Shown: one piece after another, positions 48,982 through 57,554 of the stretch
How positions within the stretch are numbered: the stretch's first letter is position 1
Layout: each line of letters begins with the position of its first letter
Origin: Vampirovibrionales bacterium
GTDB lineage: Bacteria > Cyanobacteriota > Vampirovibrionia > Vampirovibrionales > JAGQHJ01
Length of the DNA: 57,975 bases
Reading direction: 5' to 3'
Assembly: GCA_025449835.1 (NCBI GenBank)
Contig: JANWIO010000059.1
Coordinates: forward strand, 1-57,975
The notes under the pieces: generated by a model
What the model was told of the DNA's origin: nothing
What the model saw: the letters and a program-made list of their open reading frames with translations, nothing else
The model's database searches: none
Program-made: the position numbers and the translations under genes

Positions 48982-49159
48982 TTTTGTCCTTTCTATGGTT
49001 TGTTTCTGATTCATATTCTTGATTCCACTCCCATAAGAGGGAGAAAAAGCCTGTAAGATCACTGAGCAAGTTTTGAGCTTCGCTTTCAGAAACCTGTCTA
49101 CCTAGCCGCTCTTCCCAGAGGAGCTGAGTGTCTTCAACCAGTTTTTTACTGAAGGGCAC
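48965..49159 (-). CDS. Small hypothetical protein
   Basis: WEERLGRQVSESEAQNLLSDLTGFFSLLWEW; GGAG RBS and GTG start. Confidence 0.7.
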   Translation of the reverse strand: MPFSKKLVEDTQLLWEERLGRQVSESEAQNLLSDLTGFFSLLWEWNQEYESETNHRKDKNENFS

Positions 49160-49334
49160 AGGTCGCTTCTCCAAGCTTGAGAATGTTAAGCGCAGCACAC
49201 TTAGGACAAGCTGTTACAGCTTCTCCAGAACCTTGAAAACGAAACTGAAGTTGATCAGTTTGCAGTAATAGAAAACCTGGTTGGTAAGTCCCAAGCCCTT
49301 TTTTACAGCGATAACATAGCCAAAGTCGTTTCAA
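49146..49334 (-). CDS. Small zinc-ribbon protein (Com-like)
   Basis: CYRCKK.LG ... CPKCAALN. Confidence 0.65.
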   Translation of the reverse strand: MKRLWLCYRCKKGLGTYQPGFLLLQTDQLQFRFQGSGEAVTACPKCAALNILKLGEATCALQ

Positions 49335-49452
49335 TCTTCAAGTTCCTTGGTTACTGAACCTGAGAGTAAAATACCTTAGGATGTTTTCTGTATTCCCCCG
49401 TTTGGAATCTGTTTTTTATCTGTTTTCTGGAAACTCTTTTGTAAATTTAACT

Positions 49453-50439
49453 TTAGAGATATGGCTCTAGTAAAAAGTTCTCTATATCAATATCTTGTGC
49501 CTTAAGATTTAGGCTAAATCCTTTATTGATAGTGGTAATAAGATGTTTTTCAAAGTCTGGGCGAATGCCTTTCTTTCCATGTAGTTTTGAAAAGGTCTTT
49601 AAAACGCTTCTTTTATGCTGATCTAATTGTTTTATGAGGCTTGGTTCATTCTCAATATGCCATAAATGAACTGCTATTTCATCATAACCACACCATTCTG
49701 AAGCCTTATGAGCTAAAAAGCAAAGCAATTTAAATGGTAAAGGGGAAAGTGTAAATGAATGCCCTTTGTAAATTACGATATTGGGAGACTTGAGAACTAA
49801 TGTCTTAAGTTCTGTATCCGTTTCTTTGTTTAGAGGGGATGGAATAGTCAACATAAGAGTTCTTGAATCAAAAATATCTTTAAGTGAGCTTACATAAATT
49901 CCTTCAGCCAATAAAGTAGACTCGATTGACTTATTCCGAGTTGGTTGAGGGAGAAGTAAAAATAATTCTGAGGCATTAAAGTGTCTTTTTGCGAGAGATG
50001 CACTGGAAACCAACAACTCTTTGGCAATATTGCCATAAGCTAAAACCATATTTCGCTGAGGTATAAGCCCAAAGGTATGCCATGGTGAGCAGGATGCATC
50101 CTCATATATGGTTGCACTTACAGAATTTTTGAGCAGCATAAGGAGTCGGTCAAAATCGACTTGAAAACCATTGATGTAGCGTTTATCAATCCATTGTAAG
50201 CCCCGAAGAAAGCCTGTTGGACAGGAAAAATAGGGCTTATTATCCTCATATTCTACCGGTAAAATGCATTGTTCATAGCATTCAAAGCAGTCATAATGTT
50301 TGAACACCAATGGTTTCAAAAGACGATTTTGTTCAAGAAATTGCCTTACCTCTTCAGGCAGCTTTGTAAACTCCTCCTGGTTTAAGGGGTTAAGGGGCAA
50401 TGACTCAAACCAGCAATGGTAAAAGTTGTTGTTTTCCAA
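49453..50439 (-). CDS. Hypothetical protein with N-terminal Cys cluster and C-terminal OmpR-type winged helix
   Basis: CFECYEQC..CP; YKGHSFTLSPLPFKLLCFLA..YDEIAVHLW..ITTINKGFSL. Confidence 0.75.
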   Translation of the reverse strand: MENNNFYHCWFESLPLNPLNQEEFTKLPEEVRQFLEQNRLLKPLVFKHYDCFECYEQCILPVEYEDNKPYFSCPTGFLRGLQWIDKRYINGFQVDFDRLLMLLKNSVSATIYEDASCSPWHTFGLIPQRNMVLAYGNIAKELLVSSASLAKRHFNASELFLLLPQPTRNKSIESTLLAEGIYVSSLKDIFDSRTLMLTIPSPLNKETDTELKTLVLKSPNIVIYKGHSFTLSPLPFKLLCFLAHKASEWCGYDEIAVHLWHIENEPSLIKQLDQHKRSVLKTFSKLHGKKGIRPDFEKHLITTINKGFSLNLKAQDIDIENFLLEPYL

Positions 50440-51559
50440 TCATAATCCCCCATTGAAATAAGTTTTTTTCAATACAGCAGTCAACTTGTGTGTCATTTAA
50501 ATTGGTAGTGTTTGTCTGTGATAGCGTAATGGTTCTATTCTTTGTTCTTCCATTATCCTGAAGGAAGGTAAATTGAATCCATGCTTTTTGGATTACCATT
50601 AAGTTTGGATCAATGTTTCTGGCCCTTAAGGTTTCCTCAACATCTCCCGTGAATCGCAACTCGAAAGTCGTTTTATTTGTGGGAGAGACTTTCCCCCGAA
50701 ATCCAACAATAGCAACATTTACGATTTTATCAATCGGATTGGTTTCAAATTGCCTCAATGTTTTCAGTCGGTGGAGGTTCAGAATGATTTTTGAGTTCTC
50801 TTGTTCGAAGAAATAAGCGTCTTCTAAGTACACGGCGGCAAAGCATTGGCGTGTAATGTCTTCAAAATCCTTACGTTTTGCCTTGATTTTCAGCTTACCT
50901 TCTTTTGGAAAGTAAATAAGGGTTGATTCAAAAATGGGTCGCCGTGGCATTTCTGAGAGGATGCCTTGTTGAAATTCTTTAATGGGCCTAAGGTAGTCTT
51001 CGTTGGTGATTACCATGGTTAAAGTACCGTGTTCTTCATCGAAGTCAGTTTCAGTATGAATATTTTCCCCAAGCTCTTTACCCTTAATGTGGCCTAGAAT
51101 GGCTTGTTTTAGTTCAAACTCTTTTTCCTCAGTCATAATAGAGTTTTTGGGGCTTTTACCAAGATATTCGGAATAGCCTTTCAGGTGATTGAGTCTGAGC
51201 CGACGTCGGGCCATTGTAAATCCCATAGGGTGGTTTAGATAGAGTGTTGCGGAAAGATTCAGTGGCAATACATCATGACGTGGGATTCCGAGACTGTCTG
51301 CAATGAGTATCATATTTTCTAAGCCTTCATCACAGGCCAAGTCATTGATTTGAGTGAAGCAAATATCACATTTCCCTTTTATTTCAGAAGGCAACGCAAC
51401 GTATTGGTCATAAAGAGCTTTGTGTCCTTCTTGCTCAAGGGCTTGGTAAAACTCGCTGTCATCAGGAACACCCATTGTCTTCACAAGCTCCTGCAAAAGC
51501 GACTTATCAATTTGTCTCAAAAAAGCTTTGGGTCGAAATTCTCTTAAGATTCCTTTCAT
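50405..51559 (-). CDS. Hypothetical protein (~384 aa)
   Basis: Long ORF with AGGAG RBS, overlapping the downstream gene; no motif assigned. Confidence 0.8.
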   Translation of the reverse strand: MKGILREFRPKAFLRQIDKSLLQELVKTMGVPDDSEFYQALEQEGHKALYDQYVALPSEIKGKCDICFTQINDLACDEGLENMILIADSLGIPRHDVLPLNLSATLYLNHPMGFTMARRRLRLNHLKGYSEYLGKSPKNSIMTEEKEFELKQAILGHIKGKELGENIHTETDFDEEHGTLTMVITNEDYLRPIKEFQQGILSEMPRRPIFESTLIYFPKEGKLKIKAKRKDFEDITRQCFAAVYLEDAYFFEQENSKIILNLHRLKTLRQFETNPIDKIVNVAIVGFRGKVSPTNKTTFELRFTGDVEETLRARNIDPNLMVIQKAWIQFTFLQDNGRTKNRTITLSQTNTTNLNDTQVDCCIEKNLFQWGIMIGKQQLLPLLV

Positions 51560-51891
51560 AGAACGTCTCTCCTGTATAAATATTACATTTATAACAAAAA
51601 ACAATTTATGTCTTTTACGACAGTCATGTTACAACAAGCTCTTCAGTAAACAAATAAATTTATTGATTTGTTTTGAATTGTAAAGTTAATAGTCATTTAA
51701 CAGATAAATGAATAAACAAAAAGCAGTAAACAACAAATAGTTGATGATATTTTGATTCAGGTTGAAATCTCTTGTGTAGAGCGAGGAAACAGTTTTAACT
51801 AGGTTTTCATGTCCTCCTGAGGATGCAGGTTGGCATGCTTTGTGCTTGAATACTGATACTTGGAAGAGTGTTGATTCAATGGTGAAAGCAA

Positions 51892-54800
51892 ATGAAAATG
51901 GTCAAGGAAACTAAAGTTTCTTCAAGAAGAAAAAGTATTAATAAAACGCTTTATGAGACACATAAGCAACAATCTCTAAATACCAACCTGAAAGGGCAAC
52001 CTGTTAAGAGTAGTCGAACCGTCGTAGTTCGGGTTGCTGATCCAACCAATCCCAGGTTTGTAGATGTAAATCAAAAATTTTCATTTCCAGCCCGAGAACA
52101 GGATATTGCTCTTCTAAAGGATTTATTGAGTGATTTCGGATTGGCACGCCACTCCGTGATGGAAGACATTTGGCAAGACTTTCAACAAAATGAAGCCTTC
52201 TATATCCAGGAAGCACAGGAAGTTGAGTATGCTGAAAAGCATGGAACGAATATAAGCCGTTTTACCACTGAAGAAGGTGAGGTAATTTCTACTCCCTTTA
52301 GTTGCCAAGAATGTCAAAAACCTCTTTATGTTCATTATTATGACCCAATTCAGGATAAGAGTAAAAAGCCAAAACGCTATTATTTTGCAAGATGCATCGA
52401 AGAAACCCACAAACGTGGTATTAAACTATCTGACAAAAAGGATGTTAACGATTCTTCTAAAACTATGTTTGATATTAAAAAGTTTAAAGCCCAGCCATTA
52501 TCAAACCATTTCTCTGCTAAATACATTACTGGTAGTAAAACGAAAAATAGTTATGAAAATTGCTTAAAACCCTTTGAATTACCAAAAATAAAAAGACAAT
52601 GGGAACGTTCTGTTGGCGATTCACTTCGGCAAATTGCAGCTAGGGATTTAGCGGGGTTCCTGGACAAATATTATTCCGTCAAGGAGTCTATTCAAAAAAC
52701 GATTGAACATAATAATAAGCAGATTGATTCCAACAGCCTGAAATATGGGTTATCCAAATACCAAGTTTCACCCTTGAACCTCTCCTTGCTTTCATCTATT
52801 AATGGACGAGATGATATTGACGCTTATAATCGACTTGTCTCTACTTATAATACCTGGCTGAATGAAACCTGTTGGCAACACCCAGAGTATGGAAAAGAAC
52901 TTAAGGAAGCATTGCCTAAGTTAAAGCGTTTAAAAGGCTACCCCTCTTTTCCCATCATTGAAAAAGAGCAAAGTCGTTTTCAATATACGGAAGAAGAACT
53001 TGGACTAAAGTTTGAACAATTGATTGCTGACCTTGAAGCTAACTGGCATGTTCATCTTGAACAGTTGACCGATGGTATGTTTCATAATTTTTTAAAACGT
53101 CACAGTCCTCGGGTTATTTGGAAAAAACTACCAGAATATATTGATGATATATCCCCTCCTAAACGCCTCTATTTGAAAAGAAAAGATGAAAAGCAAAAAT
53201 CCCAAAAACAACCTCTGCAATTCAAAGCGACCGAACGCATTGGAAATTGGCTATTTTATGAGTATAAGCAAAAGAACCAGCCCTTGAAAACAGCGTTGAT
53301 AAATACACTGAAGCGTATTGACCAAAAGATTGGTGTACTGAAATTTCATTATCAGAAACAAAAACAGAATGATAAGGAAAATAGGGATATTCAGTCGTAT
53401 CAGCAACTTATCAAATGGTATCAAGCCAAGACAACCCTTCTTCTCGAAGCCCTCCATCCATCCTTGGATACGACAAGTGAGGAACAGAAAACGCTTTATT
53501 GGGAGGTTATCTCTCAAGCCAAAGATTTGTACGGATTGCTCAGAGGAGACCCTTTCAAAAAGAAATTAGAACGAAAAACATTTGAGGTTGTTGGGTTCTC
53601 ATCCTCTGGGAAAACGGGAAAAACTTCTCTTCAGTACGATGCAATCCTTTCAATTTATATCTCTGAAAAGAATGTACCGGAATATTACTTGCTGCTCCAA
53701 CCCCTGAAAAAAGAGAAAAAATGTAAATTTCTTTTAAATGTTGATGAACGGGTTAATCTGACCAGCCTATCCCCCGGCTGGTATGGTTTTTGGAAGGATG
53801 GAGGTAATGACACAACAGTTTTATCGCCCATGGAAGTGAATTTTACTGAAGAAGCTATTATCAGGCTTCCGTTAATCTTTGGTGAACGTCAAGGACAACG
53901 GTATTTGTGGAACAGAATATTCCCTTTAGCATCCTCAACAGAGATGGGCAAATTTCGACTCATGAATGCTCGTGTCATTGAGCAAAGCCTTGCAACTGAC
54001 TTGAAAGATGAAAGGCTAAGAAATAAATATCGCAAGCAAGAAGGACTTTATATTGCCATTGCTTTTGAGAAGGTGGCAGAACATGGGGTACTGGATGATA
54101 AAAGATGGCAATATCAAACAATTTTAGGAGTGGATCGGGGTGAGAAAATTCCTCTGGTTGCCAGATTACTTGATTTGGATGGTAATCCATTACTTGTAGA
54201 TGTTGAAAATGGACAAGATCCATCGATGGGGATACAAATTGGTGTGGATCATTATGCTATTCAGAAAAAATGGGCTGAGAAAATCAAACAGCAACAGAAA
54301 ATAGGTTCTGCTCAAGTCAATGTGGATAGTAACCGTGGGAAACATGTTGCTGATCAGATGATTAACAATGCTGTAGCCCAACTCTTGGATATTGCTAAGT
54401 CTCATAACGCCTTAATTGTATTTGAAGATTTGTCCAGAGGTTTTGGAAGGAGAGGCTCGAACACATATATGACACTCCAGCAGTATACCCGCTTGGAGGA
54501 TGCTTTAATCCGAAAGGCCCAGGAAGTCGGTTTATATCCAGCTAAAGGAGATCTTTTGACGAACTGTCGCAAGGGGATTTTAGCAAAAGTAATAGCTCAA
54601 CATACCTCTCAAACCTGTTCTGCTTGTGGCAGAATCAATAGCAAGGATGCTCTATCCAAAATCCTATTCTCAACCCTCCATAAAACGGACGGAAATTATG
54701 CTTTGAAACGTCCTGACGGTAGCTTGCTCTCTTTAAAAAAGACTGATTTAACCGAAGAAATAGATAAAATTCTAAAAAATGGACAATCCTTTCAGAATTT

Positions 54801-55224
54801 AACAAAGACAGCCCGTAAAAATTTGGTAAGCCTGCTAAACCAGGAATTACAATATAGACCGACCCAGGATCAGTTTCAATGTTTGTATTGTGACCATAAA
54901 GCACATGCGGATGCCCAAGCAGCCCTTAACATTGGACGAGCTTGGCTTTTTGTGCGGGAAGAGGAGGTCAAGGCTTTTCGAGATAGGAGTTCATTGCCTG
55001 GAGAAGCCAAGGGTAGCCAAGAACATCAGCAATACAAAAAGCAGCAAGAGAAGACTCAAAAAGCCAAAAACACTGGTAGGCATTCGAACGATATCGAGTA
55101 TTATCCAGAGAACGAATCGGAAGATATGCAAGGTGCAAAAGATATCAATCAAAAACAAGTTTCTTATGCAGACTTCTGGAGTCAGTTCTATCAAAAACGT
55201 CTGGAGCAAAAGCTATTTCAGTAG
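51892..55224 (+). CDS. cas12e: Type V-E CRISPR effector, Cas12e/CasX-like (1110 aa)
   Basis: RuvC-I GVDRGE, RuvC-II VFEDLSRGFGR, RuvC-III HADAQAALNIGRAWLF, TSQTCSACG; CasX-type motifs FSCQECQKPLYV..YFARC, LKRLKGYPSFP, LPLIFGERQG, QYTRLED, WSQFYQKRL (compared from memory). Confidence 0.9.
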   Translation: MKMVKETKVSSRRKSINKTLYETHKQQSLNTNLKGQPVKSSRTVVVRVADPTNPRFVDVNQKFSFPAREQDIALLKDLLSDFGLARHSVMEDIWQDFQQNEAFYIQEAQEVEYAEKHGTNISRFTTEEGEVISTPFSCQECQKPLYVHYYDPIQDKSKKPKRYYFARCIEETHKRGIKLSDKKDVNDSSKTMFDIKKFKAQPLSNHFSAKYITGSKTKNSYENCLKPFELPKIKRQWERSVGDSLRQIAARDLAGFLDKYYSVKESIQKTIEHNNKQIDSNSLKYGLSKYQVSPLNLSLLSSINGRDDIDAYNRLVSTYNTWLNETCWQHPEYGKELKEALPKLKRLKGYPSFPIIEKEQSRFQYTEEELGLKFEQLIADLEANWHVHLEQLTDGMFHNFLKRHSPRVIWKKLPEYIDDISPPKRLYLKRKDEKQKSQKQPLQFKATERIGNWLFYEYKQKNQPLKTALINTLKRIDQKIGVLKFHYQKQKQNDKENRDIQSYQQLIKWYQAKTTLLLEALHPSLDTTSEEQKTLYWEVISQAKDLYGLLRGDPFKKKLERKTFEVVGFSSSGKTGKTSLQYDAILSIYISEKNVPEYYLLLQPLKKEKKCKFLLNVDERVNLTSLSPGWYGFWKDGGNDTTVLSPMEVNFTEEAIIRLPLIFGERQGQRYLWNRIFPLASSTEMGKFRLMNARVIEQSLATDLKDERLRNKYRKQEGLYIAIAFEKVAEHGVLDDKRWQYQTILGVDRGEKIPLVARLLDLDGNPLLVDVENGQDPSMGIQIGVDHYAIQKKWAEKIKQQQKIGSAQVNVDSNRGKHVADQMINNAVAQLLDIAKSHNALIVFEDLSRGFGRRGSNTYMTLQQYTRLEDALIRKAQEVGLYPAKGDLLTNCRKGILAKVIAQHTSQTCSACGRINSKDALSKILFSTLHKTDGNYALKRPDGSLLSLKKTDLTEEIDKILKNGQSFQNLTKTARKNLVSLLNQELQYRPTQDQFQCLYCDHKAHADAQAALNIGRAWLFVREEEVKAFRDRSSLPGEAKGSQEHQQYKKQQEKTQKAKNTGRHSNDIEYYPENESEDMQGAKDINQKQVSYADFWSQFYQKRLEQKLFQ

Positions 55225-55306
55225 AAGTTTCCATGAAAAGGCAATTTTTACCTGCCCCTTGTGTTGATTGTTTTATTAGTCCCTTCTTGAGTAGCCTAAG
55301 TAAGCC

Positions 55307-55951
55307 ATGTTTGAAGAAGAAAACCCACTTCTACCTGTTTCCTGGGTTGCTGATTATGCATTTTGCCAATGGGCAGGATATGCTTTCTTTACAGGTTTGG
55401 AAAATTTTGAACAAAAGAATACGGTTTATCAGGATAGCATTGCAGGCCATTTGAGTGTTCATGAGCAACAAAGCCGTTACCGGGAAAAAGGAATTGTTCA
55501 GAAAACGGATGTTTCACTCTCCCATGACATGCTCTACCTAACCGGTAAGGCGGATATGGTTGAGCTTTGGCCTGAAGGGAAAATTGTTCCCATAGAATAC
55601 AAACGTTCCGTTCCTGCCGAAGGGCCACACTTCCATCATCAGGTTCAGCTTTGTCTCCAAGCGCTTTGTCTGGAAAAACAGTATCAAAAGGATATTCCAG
55701 AAGGAGTTATATACAGCATTACCAGCCATCAAAGGGTGCCTGTTCCCTTGACTCCACTATTACGGGAACAAACTCTCAACCTGCTCTCTGAACTCAAAAA
55801 CAAGCTGAAATCTGGAAATCCAAATATGTTCCAAAAACGAAATGATCTGCTCTGCCGACAGTGTACGTTTTTCGAAATCTGCCTTCCACCTGTTTTCTTT
55901 GATGAGTTGAGAAAGACTTCTTCAGATTTTGCAGACCAGGAGGAATTTTAA
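55307..55951 (+). CDS. cas4: CRISPR-associated Cas4
   Basis: DYAFC, LTGKADMVE, PIEYKR, QLCLQALCLE, CRQC....IC. Confidence 0.93.
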   Translation: MFEEENPLLPVSWVADYAFCQWAGYAFFTGLENFEQKNTVYQDSIAGHLSVHEQQSRYREKGIVQKTDVSLSHDMLYLTGKADMVELWPEGKIVPIEYKRSVPAEGPHFHHQVQLCLQALCLEKQYQKDIPEGVIYSITSHQRVPVPLTPLLREQTLNLLSELKNKLKSGNPNMFQKRNDLLCRQCTFFEICLPPVFFDELRKTSSDFADQEEF

Positions 55952-56944
55952 ATGCGATATGATGGTTTGGAGCGTGTCCCCTTATATCTTTACGCAAAAG
56001 AGGATTACTCTTTAAAAAAATATGGCGACTTATTTCGCTTGTTCCGGGGAGAGGAACAAATTCAGAAAATTCCTGCCATTAAAGTAAATGAGATTCTGGT
56101 TTTCGGTGGGCTCACATTAACTTCTCCCGTAATCCAACTTTGTCAAAAGCACAAAATTAATATTCATTTTTTATCCGGTTCTGGCCAGTATCATGGTTCG
56201 CTCATTTTTGATCCAGCTAAGAACCTCTTTATCCGAAAAGCACAAGCTGAAATCCACCTGGATGACAAACGGCGTCTGGAGTTTGCCAAAGAGTTTGTGC
56301 TAGGAAAAATAACAAACCAAAAATGGGTTTTAGACAGTTTTAGAAAAAAACACCGATTTAACCCAAATATTGATTGGAATAAAATTGAATCTCTTGATTC
56401 ACTTCGTGGGGTGGAAGGGACGTATAGTCGCTTGTATTTTCAAGAACTAGCCAAGCAACTTAAAAACACTGATTTTTCCTTCAACGGACGCTCGAAACGC
56501 CCCCCAGCTGATCCGGTCAATGCGCTTTTGAGTCTTGGGTATACTTTCCTATTCAGTCGCCTTTTCTCATATACAACATTGATCGGTCTTGATCCCTATT
56601 TAGGTTTTTTTCATGAAAACTATTACGGCCGTCCTTCATTAGTTTGTGACTTGATGGAGCCATGGAGACCCCTCTTGGTCGATAAATTCATCCTAACGAT
56701 ATTGAATAGGAATGAATTGTCATTGGAAGACTTTGAACGGGTAGACGACAGCATAAAACTGAATAGTGAAGGTTTCAAGAAATTTATTCAGAAGTGGTAT
56801 ACAAACTTTGAGGTAGACAACCATACTTCAGGACGGTTTGAAACAGAACTGACATACCAAAAAGCGCTAGAGCTTGATACAAGGTTATTTGGGAAATCAT
56901 TGACACAAGAGATTGAAGCATATAAGGCTTATACCAGACCATGA
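55952..56944 (+). CDS. cas1: CRISPR-associated Cas1
   Basis: LRGVEG..SRLYF, RPPADPVNALLSLGY, GLDPYLGFFH, SLVCDLMEPWR. Confidence 0.97.
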   Translation: MRYDGLERVPLYLYAKEDYSLKKYGDLFRLFRGEEQIQKIPAIKVNEILVFGGLTLTSPVIQLCQKHKINIHFLSGSGQYHGSLIFDPAKNLFIRKAQAEIHLDDKRRLEFAKEFVLGKITNQKWVLDSFRKKHRFNPNIDWNKIESLDSLRGVEGTYSRLYFQELAKQLKNTDFSFNGRSKRPPADPVNALLSLGYTFLFSRLFSYTTLIGLDPYLGFFHENYYGRPSLVCDLMEPWRPLLVDKFILTILNRNELSLEDFERVDDSIKLNSEGFKKFIQKWYTNFEVDNHTSGRFETELTYQKALELDTRLFGKSLTQEIEAYKAYTRP

Positions 56945-57216
56945 GGTACTTGATTTGTTATGATATTGAGGATGACAAACATCGTAATCGCCTTGTCAAA
57001 GTGCTTGAACAATATGGTGAAAGGGTCCAATATTCAGTTTTTGAAGTACAATTGCCGCCTAGCCTCCTGAAAACATTACGAAAGCGTCTGGTAGCGCAGA
57101 AAATAATAGGTAAACGGGATAGCCTGTTAATCTATCCTCTATGCGAAAGTTGCTACCCTAAAGTTGAACGAACCGGCAAGAACCCTTTGATCAATTCAAG
57201 CGGCATTGTGTTTTAA
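56941..57216 (+). CDS. cas2: CRISPR-associated Cas2
   Basis: YLICYDI.DDK.R, YGERVQYSVFE, DSL.IYPLC. Confidence 0.97.
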   Translation: MRYLICYDIEDDKHRNRLVKVLEQYGERVQYSVFEVQLPPSLLKTLRKRLVAQKIIGKRDSLLIYPLCESCYPKVERTGKNPLINSSGIVF

Positions 57217-57234
57217 TGGCTAAACTGTTATAGT
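57206..57234 (+). promoter_or_regulatory. Candidate sigma70 promoter for the tracrRNA
   Basis: TTGTGT-N17-TATAGT with extended -10 TG. Confidence 0.5.
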
Positions 57235-57251
57235 TCCTTCTGGAGCCACAA

Positions 57252-57340
57252 GCTCTGGGCCATTTATTGGAAACTCTTCCTTTGAGTCCCGAACCCAGCA
57301 CGTAACGTGTATGGACAAAGTTGCTTCCTTACCAAATCTT
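57252..57340 (+). ncRNA. CasX-type tracrRNA (ends approximate)
   Basis: CTTTGA (57280-85) complementary to the repeat 3' TCAAAG; scaffold stem CCAGCACGTAACGTGTATGG (57295-57314); anti-repeat TGCTTCCTTACC (57322-33); located between cas2 and the array. Confidence 0.8.
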
Positions 57341-57554
57341 TTATATTACACATCTAACTGTGTGTTTTGTACTTTGAGAAAAGAATAAGGCGAAAGCCCT
57401 TACCTTATAAGGGTTAAGAAGATTTTTGTAACTTGCAAGGGTTTGTTTTATGAAAATGCTTTGATTGATAAGGGTTTTCAGATTTTAGGGATAAACTTTT
57501 CTCAACTCTTTAAAAGGCCAATGCTAAAAACCCTGAATATACAAGGAAAATGAG

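Noticed and set aside
51892-55224. Cas12k/CAST or TnpB interpretation of the large RuvC protein
   Set aside because: The catalytic D/E/D residues are intact, no tnsB/tnsC/tniQ genes are present, an adaptation module is present, and the size and motifs fit CasX
54890-55454. ORFs 54890-55267 and 55233-55454
   Set aside because: Alternate-frame overlaps of cas12e and cas4 with no motifs
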